A program made the translations under genes and the position numbers. DNA of 61,946 nt, the filler included, from Choristocarpus tenellus KU-1152 (Eukaryota; Protista; Phaeophyceae): NCBI GenBank assembly GCA_964200185.2. It is 7 parts of 7 records of this genome, joined end to end, with 100 filler letters (N's around TTAATTAATTAA, not from the genome) between each part and the next. Parts side by side here need not be neighbours in the genome. Positions count along the whole stretch, not along the records: positions 1 to 8,794 come from CAXNAD020004325.1; positions 8,895 to 27,306 come from CAXNAD020000556.1; 5 more parts are not named here. One strand, 5' to 3'. The notes beneath the pieces are model-generated. The model searched no databases. It had not been told where the DNA came from and worked only from the letters and a program-made list of their open reading frames with translations. Positions within the stretch are counted from its first letter, which is position 1; each line of letters opens with the position of its first letter. This document shows, in pieces, positions 1 through 10,829 of this stretch.

Positions 1-61
1 CCCCCTCCCAGATACTTTGGATTGTAATCCTCCTTCATCAATCCATCACCTACTGCCTACT

Positions 62-1530
62 GAACATATAACCATAAATGTCCCTGACTCTCACCTCCCC
101 ACCATCTGTATCTAAATGGTCTTCTAACCCCTGTTGAGAAATCGTAACGCCAAAAAGTTCCTACTTTGGAAAATATCCTCCTATTGACCAACCATTCTCG
201 TTTGATCACCAGTGCCTCTTAGTGAGCCTCTCGACGTTTAGATATGAGGCTGCGAAAACTCCCCTTTTCAACCCGTATATTCTCCAATACCCACCTCCAC
301 CATTTCAAATCCTCACGAAAAGATAGGCAAAGTCTCACCCTTTTCCTATCACTTGTCGCCTTCCTACTTGACCTGTCATGAAGCCCTAGTCTTAACAGCC
401 TCCACACAAAACACCACTTTGCTCTTCTTATCACATACACAGTATGCCAGAATTTCTAGCTTAAACGCAAAACTTCTCCAACCGTTGCCCATGCCCTTGA
501 TTTCAACAACTCTTGCAGGATCAATCTCAAGGGGTTCCACCTTCTGTGTAGGAAGAGCTATAGTCATCCTGTGTGTGTGTTTACCACAAAATCTAACCAA
601 TTAATCTTGATATCTCACCCTGTCAGCTTCTTACTAAACACTTTCTTAGGGATCTCGTCCCCCAGTAAACAAAAATTATCGTAAATATCCGAAAATATAG
701 TCACCAAACATCTCGACCCCCCCACATTGTGCTGCACTTCGACATTGCACTCGTCATAAACATAGAACAGCATGAAGGAAAGGTCATCTCTCCCACCCCC
801 AACATAACACTCTTGTCGTGAGATCCACCCTCCTGGTGGTAAGCTCGCCCCTTCTGGAATATCTGTTACGGACTTAATAACAACCTTAGAAACCACAATC
901 TAAGTTTCAGGTGAATAGCATTTATTTTCGTGTTCTAGAAAGCGCGAGCAGTATGAGATAAGTAGCACATCGGTAGCCTTACAGAATAAATGCTGATTTC
1001 TTATAAGATGCAGAGTAAGATTCGTGTTGCATAAGTAACCTTACAGAAGAAACGTTAAATTCCTAGAAGTTGCAGAATAAAGGTTTATGATTGGAGTACG
1101 TATACAGCAGTTTGTATATGTCTTTTAGCTTATAGTCCACAGAAATCGGATGGATGATGAAAATAATAAGAGGACTTTTGGACACGATCCATTACCCCTC
1201 TTTCAGTTTTTTTTTTATCTTGAATGAAACTTTAAGTCCGGCTTTAAGCTAAGCACTGAGTGAAGAGTGAAGCATCGAGAGAAGATTACATGCATCGTCC
1301 GGATCAACTGCTATCAGTCTGAATGCGTCCTTAACATCCATTTTGGACAGCAAGGATCCTAGCTTTTGGTTATTCTGCATAGGGCTTGGTCTAAGACCTC
1401 GGCTTTTTGAACTTGTGGGGTATTTAAAAAGTCGTGTCTGTATTATAACCTTCCACATTCCCATCTCGTTTTCCCTCCCCAAAGCTCAAATTAACAACGA
1501 TCCTCGCTTTATCCGTTTCTCACACAACAC
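62..1530 (-). mobile_element. Degenerate DIRS/Ngaro-type (tyrosine-recombinase) retrotransposon, RT-RNase H region, interrupted by a truncated LTR copy at about 904-1290
   Basis: Minus-strand fragments occur in the expected order: SKMDVKDAFRLIAVDPDD (RT, ORF 1249-1482), FYVYDE (YVDD-like, ORF 615-896), MTIALPTQKVE (ORF 376-600), EDLKWWRW (ORF 219-440) and GTFWRYDF (about 140-170). Stops and frameshifts throughout. Confidence 0.7.
904..1290 (+). mobile_element. Truncated copy of the solo-LTR family
   Basis: Shares ggtgaatagc..gcgcgagcag..ccttacagaataaatgctg..gagtacgtatacag..ctaagcactga..gaagcatcgagagaag with 12116-12520 and, in reverse, with 2694-3157. Confidence 0.65.
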
Positions 1531-2693
1531 CTAAAGGGAATACCCAAATACCTGGTATGTGCAACACCCTCTCCTTTGGGAAAACAAGTGTGCCCGCCCC
1601 AATAACCCACCACAACTTATCTTGTTCTAGAGGTCTTCTTCTACTTCACTAGCGCTCCTGTGACTCTCATGCCAAAGCTGTCTTCTGCGCCCCTAAACCT
1701 GTTATTGAATCCCGCATTCCATCGTCCGCTACTGATACTAATCTGTCGACATCCCACAATTTCTTCTCAGCATATCAATTGATAAGCTCTGCTTGCAGTT
1801 GTGGAGCCAACACTTCTGTCCCTGTGATTTTGCCACTGCCCCTACATCTCCTCGGGTTCCTTCCGGCAATTTTCTTGCCGTCTCTGCCAACACTTTTACA
1901 CAGTGAATATTATCCCCCTCCCTAATTTGGAATTACTCTATAGCCTCCCATCACCTGACTCTCCGTTCTCTTTGAAATGCTCCCATCTCCCTAATTCTCT
2001 CCAGTTCCTTTTTACTTTATCCAACGTCATCCTGGCCACACTCCTCTTTGTGACACCTAGATAGTATAGACAAGCCTAGTTTTAGCTGCAAATCCCGACT
2101 CCCCTGTTCCCTGACAAGTGCCCAACTGTGGAAGGAACACCTCGAACTGTACAACATTTTGTGCTTGTTCCTCGGGAAGCAACCCCCTTTGGGCCTTTCT
2201 CTCCAGCCACAGATCATAGCCCAACTGCTTCCTTGCAGTTACTAACCTCTAAATCCACTGTTGCTTGACATTAGCCCTGCTAGAGGCATTACCCCTTGCC
2301 TACCAACCATGACTTGCCTGTTCCTAAACAGGCTACTCCCTAGACCCAAAGCCATTACCCCTCCTACTTGAACCGGGCTAGGAATATTTGGTGCAGACCA
2401 TGACTTGACTACTCCTTAGCAGGCAACCCCCTTTGACCCTGTCTCCTCAGCCACGGATCATGGTCCAACTACCCTTTGGCAGTGACCACAATTGCAGTAC
2501 CTAGACCTGATGTCATGACACTCCCTTGGGACCAGGCACGTTGACTGTAAAACATGTCTTGCCTGCTCCTTAGCAGGCAACCTTTTATCCTAGGTCCTCA
2601 ACCACGGATCACGATCCAGTTGGCCCTTGGTAGTTTCTACCTTATCTGTCCAATACGTAGGCATGCCGCCATCACCCTCCTGTGTACATGAAC

Positions 2694-3157
2694 TGTTACA
2701 GCACGCTCCAGAAGCTTACCTCTACAGGATGTATAGATCCAATCGACAAACCTATAGAAAATGCTGATACTCGTGCGAGCCTCTCAGGATACTTCAACAG
2801 TCCAGAGGAATCCATCGCACATAAGGTTAGTCAAACGTCAACTCAGCAGAACAGGGGGTACTTCTCATTTTTGAACAACAATGGGTATTAGCATCAAAGA
2901 AAAGAAGTGCTTAGAGACCTGTTTATAGAGTTTATATAGCAGTGCTCTACATTTCTTTTATTGTCATCTGCTGTTTATTTAGCTTTGGTAAACATAAGTT
3001 GGCATACATCTGAAAACGGTCGCGACATTCCCAAGTTACAGATCTTACTCTGCAACCTTATTAAGCAAATCAGAGTTCCTTAAGGTTCCCCACGCGTGTA
3101 TACTGCTCGTGCTTGTTAGAACGCGAGAAGAAATATTCGCGCTATTCGCCTGTAACA
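2694..3157 (-). mobile_element. Solo LTR (464 bp)
   Basis: Begins TGTTACA, ends TGTAACA, and is flanked by the 4-bp direct repeat GAAC. Its reverse complement is homologous to 12116-12520. Confidence 0.8.
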
Positions 3158-3335
3158 GAACAGCCCCCCCCCCTTGGGACCAGAGACGCTGACTGCAAAC
3201 CATGACTTTCCTTCTCCTTAGGCAACCCTCTTTGAGCCTTAGAGATAATGGTCCAACCATCCTTGGCGGTTACTACTGCATCCTATAGAGAAAGTGCACA
3301 TAAGCACTGGAAATGAAGAAGCTCCAGGTCATATA

Positions 3336-3408
3336 TGGAGCGAGAGGGATTTGAAGCATCGGTCTTTTCCGTACAAGCCAAAAATATTGACCCCTTCATC
3401 ATCGCACC
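3336..3408 (-). pseudogene. tRNA-like relic (degenerate tRNA or tRNA-derived SINE head)
   Basis: The reverse complement GGTGCGA...TCGCTCC-A gives a 6/7-bp acceptor stem, a TTCAAAT T-loop, a CTTGTAC anticodon-like loop and a length of about 73 nt. D, anticodon and T stems are mismatched, so it is probably non-functional. Confidence 0.4.
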
Positions 3409-3555
3409 ACTGATTACATTGTAGGAATTTCAAATAGGAACAAATGGGACACAGCGATATATATTTGACTACAATTGTACAATACTACCAGGTATTATTG
3501 TATGTTATATGAAGTAGTGCAATGGACCTCTTACAAGTATGGAAGGGGTAAATAT

Positions 3556-3815
3556 ATTATTATGCCCTCTGACATTTTGCAGGTGTGTCAGGAAAAAAGT
3601 CAGTTCAATATCGTAAGGACCCGTGTAAAAGTAACAGTTGTCGTAAATGTGAAAGATATCTTTCCAAAATCTATTTACTATTTGGATACCAGCTATGTTA
3701 CACCACTCCCATAAAAGCTCTTAATTACAATGTAATGTGTAAACTGCTGCTATGCCTCCAACCTAGCTTAGCCCTTCACTACAGGGCGAGGAGGTAGGGA
3801 AGTATCCCAAGAATA
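3556..3815 (-). repeat. Retroposon-like 3' end (hairpin plus (AAT)n tail), longer copy
   Basis: The motif TTATTATGCCCTCTGACATTTTGCAGRTGTGTCAGG recurs at about 23016, 24814, 27123, 31841(rc), 39848 and 58483(rc). The adjacent segment 3670-3815 matches 24610-24720 and 58310-58410(rc). Confidence 0.6.
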
Positions 3816-3863
3816 TGACTGGGCCATTGAATCAGGGTATAACTTCACAGAAGTAGTGGTTAG

Positions 3864-5483
3864 CCATTTTAAGGCATGTTTAAAAGTAAGGCATGTGAGG
3901 GAATAATAACATGTGTTTTGGTTTAACGCGTACATGATTCTCAATTTCCTTCTGTAAAACAGGTTGGTAGGGCGAAAACCCATGCCTTAAAGTGGACACA
4001 CATGCCATGCCAAGGAAGGTAAGATCCCAGTTTATGGACATGTAGAGACACCCAACCAGTGTCCTTCTCGTGTTGCTGTGTGCAGCGAAAGGCCGCTGTC
4101 TTATTCCTCCTCGTGTCACACCAGAACCACGACACTTCACTGGGCGTAAATGTCGGTGTAGGCACTACCTCCATGGAATTTGTGGCACAGTGGATCTGGA
4201 TGGAGATGGTGAGGTGAAGAGACTGTGGTTTGGTTGCCACACCCCCAAGGAGGAGAAGAGAGATGAGGGCACCAGTGGTGATGAGACCATCATTGTGTCA
4301 AGGACTTCATCTCATCCAACTGGAAACAGTCTTCTTGTCAGCAACAAGTTGCAGCTGTCTGTCACGGGGTCAGATCTGGTGGAAATTACTGCCAACGACT
4401 ATAGTGTTTGTGCTGTCCAACTGTTGTCTAACTGCTACGTATGCCCTATGTTAAGATATACAGTATTACTTTTGCAACGAACTAATCGCTGACTGTCTTT
4501 GTATTCCTCTTGCTGGGATCAGGTGGATAGGATGCGTCATGGGCTTTGTGAAAGAGGACAGGAGAACTGGTCCTCCGTTGAATCAAGACATCATTATGTC
4601 ATTTGATCTCAACGCTAAAACATAATTTCTTCCAAAACGTCCCCTGGTGGAGATATCGAGCCCTTGGAGACCTTTGATTGTTCGCTCAACTGGGTCAAGG
4701 CCAATCTTGTCGCATCAAGATGGGAAGCGTGGTGCTCCATGGGAAGACTGGCCGTGTTGATGACAAGGTGATAAGGGAGGACCTTCAGAAGGTGGAGGAC
4801 TCCTGTGATAAATATCCCCTGAGTCACATCTACTACGTTTACTAGACGGCGCTGTATCACAAGTTGCTGCCACACAAGGCGTATCTTGCAAATGGAGATT
4901 ACAAGAAAGCTGTGAGGGGTATAAGAGCCATGAAGTTCCTGTAGAAACTGGGTATGATGGGTGTCCAACAAGGAGAAGGGGGTGAGGGAGATTGTGAGTC
5001 TGGCTTAGTAGAGGCTTGGGTAACCTCCACATAAAACCTCGTGAGCTTCTGACCAATATCAGCATAACTAGGACCCAGGAATGGTGGCAACTACGAAACA
5101 AGGAGGCTGCAGTTGAGGCCTTGGCACAGTATGCAAGGGATGAGGTACGGGCTGTAGTAGTCTGTTCTACAAGCACCGCTGCTAGTAAGGCTGACGAGGA
5201 AAGGTGTGAATCAGTGGTTGAGACTAATAATGTAAAGGGTGATGGTGGTGATGGTGGTGGAGGGGAAAGCCTTCACCCAACTCCCTTCGTTGAAGTTTTG
5301 CTACATTTTCTTGATCAGAAGGCAAGGGGTAGAGAGAGAGTGGATTAGATCGGGCCTGTCTTGGACATAAAATACGACCACAAACATTTTTGAAAAAACC
5401 CCACTTTAACGCATGTCGGCCAGTAACAATAACCTACAAGGGATACGTTTTGTTAAGGTTGCCACAAGCATGCCTTAAAGTGG
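3864..5483 (+). mobile_element. Putative decayed DNA transposon bounded by CCACTTTAAGGCATG-type inverted repeats, with a disrupted internal coding region
   Basis: Inverted-repeat pairs at both ends (3864-3878/3981-3995 and 5401-5415/5469-5483). Internal ORF fragments include KCRCRHYLHGICG and 5016-5348, plus a GT-AG intron-like segment at about 4439-4522. Confidence 0.45.
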
Positions 5484-5633
5484 TACCCCTACGGTAGTTC
5501 TGTATCGACATCTCTCTACAAAAGGTGACCTTTACAACGTTTGTCACATCCACGCATCCTTGCATCCCACAAATAGAAACCAGCAGTCGGTGCTGCTATA
5601 CCCAATCTAGTGCTAGGAAAACGCTCTAGAATC

Positions 5634-8246
5634 ATGCCGCGGAAGGCCAAGCCAACCAAGCACTCCAGTGCGGAGCTAAATAAGCGTGCTGCAGCCTCAC
5701 TGGTGAGGACCGCTCTTTTCTCTGCTTGTATTTTGTCTTTCTCTACCCCCAAATCCCTCCCCTCCCCTATGTATATATCCGAGCCTACCGTTAGTTCTGG
5801 ATTTCTTTGGTCCTTTGGTGACGAGGTGTTGGTCTGACACCATCGCAGTGTGAAGTACCTCCTAGGAGTTTTTTTGGTGAGGTCCTGTGCAATTTTACCC
5901 TACCTACAAATGAAGGAGTTGACCGTTCAAATGACTGCTTGCATGTTGTTAATTCCCTTGACCGAATTAATGAGTACCCTCAACCTCCTCGACTACCAAC
6001 ACCCCTGGATGCGGCAGCAAAACAAAGGAGGGGGGGCTGCGGGATTGGCCGATCGAAAGGGTGGGGCAGCTGGGCACTCCCGCTTCCAGTGCACAATTTG
6101 CGGAGTAGGTGCACCATCTCTGAGGAATATGCAGGTAGGATGCCCGCAGAAAGTACGGTAAGGTACGTGCTTGGGAGGAGGGGAGAGAGGCGTGTTGAAC
6201 TTTAGGTCGATGGGTTGTCTCATGATTCAATAAGGCTTGACTGGTTACACCGCTGCATCATACCAACCTCAGTTACTCCAAGGCAAGAGGACATTGCTGG
6301 CGTTGCACCAAAACACACGCCCAGAAGTATGCTCTGGTTTACTCATATATAATTTTTTCCAAGTAATATTTTTCGGCGAATACACAAGTACCTTGTATAA
6401 TCAGTGGAGAGTTTTTGTCGCACAGCGAACGCCACACATGAAGTCTTGTATTTGCGCTTGGCCACTAGTCTCTATTATCAGAATAACCCGTGATTGTCAT
6501 GAGGTCTCATGATCTCATCCGCTTAATTCATTCACAATAATAGGTGGAAGAAATACACCAGAGTTGTACTGTCAAAACTTACTTTGTTGAACGTTGAGTT
6601 TGTCGATGAAGGTACAAACAAGTCACCCCAGTATTCTTTGATGTGTATCCTTTCACAATATACACCGTGCGACTTTCAATTGTGTTACTATTTCTTTCTG
6701 TTTGACTTTATATCTATGAGCCCTACACAAACATGCATTCTTTAGTGCTGTCATTACCGTTTTTACAACAGTATACACGGACCGTAAAGACTGCAGTCCG
6801 CCATGTCAAAGCCGCTATATAAGATGAGTTAATTTGCACTCTCACTACTGCCACTAAGCTTTTTCGATGTGAATTTTTATTGTGTTGTGGTCGTGATACA
6901 TGATGCGTGGATTTCTTTTTGAAGCCATTCAGGGGATGGATAGATGCCTCCCCTGAATTTCTTTTTGAAGATGCTGGTTGTGTTGTAGACAAGCTTGAGT
7001 TTTTGTGCATTTAGAACAGTGATTGGGTAAGGAGACAGGGAAACGGTGCCGATCGGTCTGGTTCTGTTGTTGAACCATATACAGAGGGTTGGTGTTCGTG
7101 TGTGTGGGGTAGTGTCAGTGTCAGTGTCAGTGTTTGTGTTTGTGTTTGTGTGCATTGCATACTCTTGTCTTCTTGTGTGTCGTCAATGTCGCCTTTGGTT
7201 TGTCCCAAATAACCTTTTTATAACCTCTATGTACTGCATCTTATAGTAATGGGAGCACTGTTCTTAGTCACCCCCAAAAGGCAGTAGGCTTAATCCCACT
7301 GTGTGTAGTGTAGGCTATCATGCACTACTGGTGAAGCAGTTGCTTGTGAGGAATGGACCTGCCTATGAATTGTTTTTTGTTTTATTTTTTTATTTTTTGT
7401 TTTGTTTTTTTATAGTGCGGATAGCTATATTGGTGTGAGGAAAAAAAACTAATTTTCTGTATCTCTAATTGTTTTTATTGGGATAAGTTTTTACATTTTT
7501 TATCCTCTCCATTTTTTAAATTTCTATAATGGGTGTGAGCATGTTGTATGTTGTATGTTGGCACTTTTATCTCCATGTATGACATCATCTTACGGAAGAC
7601 TTTTGAACATCGTTGCATTGTTGCATCCAACTAATGTGCACTATTTAGTGAACCAACTAATGAATCAATAAAAATGCTGCATTTGCAAGTGTGTTCTCAA
7701 CGGTGTTTATTTAAATACATGTACAACCATAGGGAGGGGAATACATCGACTCTTCCACTGCCTCAGATATTATTTTTATTTTTTGAGCAACCCTAACCCT
7801 AACCCTTTCGTGTCGAATGCTGAAAAAGAGAAGTCAGCCGTTATTAAATGCTTGTTGTCAAACTCTCCGTTTAAAAAAAAGGTTTCACATCCTGCCGTGA
7901 CAAGCTTTTCTTGTTACTAATAATACCTTTTTTTCTTTCCACTTTTTTTTGTAAGGTTTTAGAAAATGAAAAAAAATCTTCCCTTCCTCTCTTTTTGTAC
8001 TTCAGAGTATTTTTTGTAAAAATAATAAAAAGTGAACGATCAGAAAAGTAATCAGTAAAAAATATAAACAATGACAGTAGGTAACCAACATAACCAACAG
8101 ACTGCTTACCTCCGTAGGATCACCATGAATCCCGGCATGAAAAGCTTCCCTGGGACCCTTCCCTTTATGAAGATGTCCATGAAAAGTATGGATCCACGAC
8201 CACTGGGGTGGCTATCAGGGGCACAACCAATGCTAAGAAACTGAAG
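5634..8246 (+). CDS. Small C2H2 zinc-finger protein, ZNF706/At2g23090-like; 3' end not resolved
   Basis: Exons 5634-5702, 6018-6134 and 8118-8246 with GT-AG phase-0 introns give MPRKAKPTKHSSAELNKRAAASL-QNKGGGAAGLADRKGGAAGHSRFQCTICGVGAPSLRNMQ-DHHESRHEKLPWDPSLYEDVHEKYGSTTTGVAIRGTTNAKKLK. The C-x2-C...H-x4-H finger is assembled across the exon 2/3 junction. A further donor GTATGT follows at 8247. Confidence 0.85.
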
Positions 8247-8794
8247 GTATGTTATGTATGTGATGGTCTGCATATATATATATTTTGTAGTCTGTTGTAG
8301 GCTTGTATTTTTTTACTATTCATGTGCCGGATGAGAGTGTTTTTTATTTTTTATTTTGATGCTGTAGATCCTGCAGATTCTGGAGGTCGAGGTCGAGATG
8401 AGGTGAGGTGATGTTGAAATCAATTTGGGACCCCCTTTTCCGGTGCAGATGTTGAAGTTGAAGTTAAATTGAATCCAGTAGATGAAATTTGAGTAGTTGA
8501 AGTTGGAATAGTTCATTGTAAAGTGTGTGGTGATACCATCTTAGATCAAGCACGATCTTTTTTTAATTTTTTTTTTCTCAGATGCTCGGGTAGGTTGTGG
8601 TGAAGGGTAGGTTGTGGTGAACCCCCCCATAACGAGGTTTGTACGGGTAGCTTTTGTGGCAGGATCGACTCAGTGTCATCCTCCCAATGTCTCAGCCAGA
8701 GAAATAGGAGAAAAATGTAGGAATAGAGCCAGCAGTAGAGCAGTGAAAGGCAGAGGGGGGCGGGGGGGGGGGACTGCGTTGTCTGTGCCTAGGG

Positions 8795-8894
8795 NNNNNN
8801 NNNNNNNNNNNNNNNNNNNNNNNNNNNNNNNNNNNNNNTTAATTAATTAANNNNNNNNNNNNNNNNNNNNNNNNNNNNNNNNNNNNNNNNNNNN
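8795..8894. other. Artificial scaffold spacer (44 N + TTAATTAATTAA + 44 N); identical spacers at 27307-27406, 31541-31640, 35767-35866, 39920-40019 and 53896-53995
   Basis: Six identical 100-bp N-runs with a 12-mer that places stop codons in all six frames. Confidence 0.97.
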
Positions 8895-9050
8895 GGAGGG
8901 TCTACACCAGGGTGTCCATTTGGACCAGAATCAGGAAAAGTGCACTTACATTATCCATCCGACGTATGCAACCAAAATCACCCAAAAATCGCGACATGAA
9001 AAAAATCACCCCAAATGGACAGCCGTCACCCCTCCCAGATACTTTGAGTC
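8895..9050 (+). mobile_element. MITE family A copy (left end lost in the gap)
   Basis: Ends cccctcccagatactttgagtc; internal sequence matches the other family A copies. Confidence 0.8.
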
Positions 9051-9699
9051 AAAAAGGAATGGACACCACTGTCAAACTCACGATCAAAAACATCACTGAA
9101 CACAAAAATAAAACCTCTTAAATGGCATACATATTGTGGGATGTACTAATATTTTGTAAATTTTGGAACTCCATCATACAGATGTCAATACATCAAGTAG
9201 TAACTGTGAGGTACTCCAACTTAGGAATCGGTCGCACTTATCAACATCAGAATTGCTTACAACCCTCTTCATAGCTTTTTTTATTAATCAGACGGAGTAT
9301 GGAGGTCCATTTCAGGATATGGGTCAGGGTCAGGGTCAGGATTAGGGTTGAGCACCGAGCCCTTCGGATTCATTTTTTAAAAGGTGTGGCAAAGGTTGCT
9401 TGCTACCAATTATAACCTCGACAATCGTAGCCACTCCTCTATCTACAACTTACATATTCAACGCGGGAAATTTCTTGGATTTGTTTGATGACCTGTTCAA
9501 CGCAAAAGCAGTCTCAGCCTGATTAATTTCACTGGAACACAGATATAATCATACACTAATATTGTAAGAGCATTCAAAATTCGAAGGAAGCTAGTGTAGC
9601 ACCACAAGGGATGGTATGTGCAGGTCATGTATCAGATGGGTACACACATCACATGGTTAATCCTTTTTGGTGCCCACTAGGGATGCGGTGTGTAAGGTA

Positions 9700-9922
9700 T
9701 AGCTCCACCATAGAGATGAAGTGGTGGTATTGAACCAATACAGGTAAGTGCATTAAATAAGACCATAAGCTGACGGGATGTAATCACCTCGCCTGAAAAC
9801 TAATGTTTATTGGAACTATTTAATGTAATATATATTAGCTCCACCATAGAGATGAAGTGGTTGCATTGAACCCATACAGGTGCATTAAATAAGAGCATAA
9901 GCTAACGGGATGTAATCACCTC
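9700..9922. repeat. Direct duplication of about 90 bp (9700-9790 and 9836-9922)
   Basis: tagctccaccatagagatgaagtgg...gggatgtaatcacctc occurs twice. Confidence 0.8.
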
Positions 9923-10207
9923 AACTAATAAACAATTTTTGTGGGAACTGATCGTGGATGGTCTTGCGTTTCTGTGGGTGCTTGCATTCCAATTCCAACG
10001 AACACTGCAAAGCTGTCCAGGCATGACAGTATTAGAAACAGATAGACGGGTGGGTAGTGATCAGCATGACACTAAATACAGTATAATTACTTACACTTAA
10101 ACCAACTTGTGTTTGGATGAAGGGCAAAAGTGACACTACTGCTGATTTGAACTGTTTTCCTCTTGCATTTCAGCTTCCTTCAACCCATTAGTGACCCAAT
10201 GGGAACT

Positions 10208-10385
10208 GATCCAAAGTATCTGGGAGGGGGTGGCGGCTGTCCATTTGGGGCCAATTTTTTCATGTAGCGATTTTTGGGTGGTTGGGTTGCATACGTTGGA
10301 TGGATACTGTAAGTGCACTTTTCCTAGTTATGGTTCAAATGGACACCCTGGTGTTGACCTCCCCCCCCGCCAGATACTTTGGGTC
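10208..10385 (-). mobile_element. MITE family A, complete copy (178 bp)
   Basis: TIRs gatccaaagtatctgg / ccagatactttgggtc, 4-bp TSD AACT on both sides, inner gtccatttg/caaatggac inverted motifs. Confidence 0.85.
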
Positions 10386-10829
10386 AACTAGTGGTGACGG
10401 TATGAGAGCATAGTAAATTATCAACGGCTCCTTCACATTTTGGGCTTCGCAGGTGAAAGGTTCTAGAGACCCAAGCCATAGGATGGTGCTAACGGCTAAG
10501 GAGGGCCCTGCAAACATAAATATACGTACTAGAATCGAGGGATGGCATTGTTCGAGCGGACAGAGTTAGATTAGTGTATGGGACCATATGCAGTTCAGTA
10601 TCCCCAAACATCTAATCCTCCAAATCGTTACATCTGGCCCACAGGTGAATCTCATTTGTGGCTACATTTACTTCGTTGATTAAGTGCTCTAGGATATCTT
10701 ACTAGTACACGATTTATGTCATGGCTTGTGAAGGTAATGACTAACGTAGTAATGAGTACGATATTTGGACAGTATTCGTTACTACCGTATCATACCATAG
10801 TAGTAACTCCACAATTATCAACTTTACTT

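Noticed and set aside
8795-8894. Palindromic TTAATTAATTAA within N-runs, repeated six times
   Set aside because: Artificial all-frame-stop linker added in assembly. Adjacency across these spacers is unverified, and most gaps fall at repeat copies.
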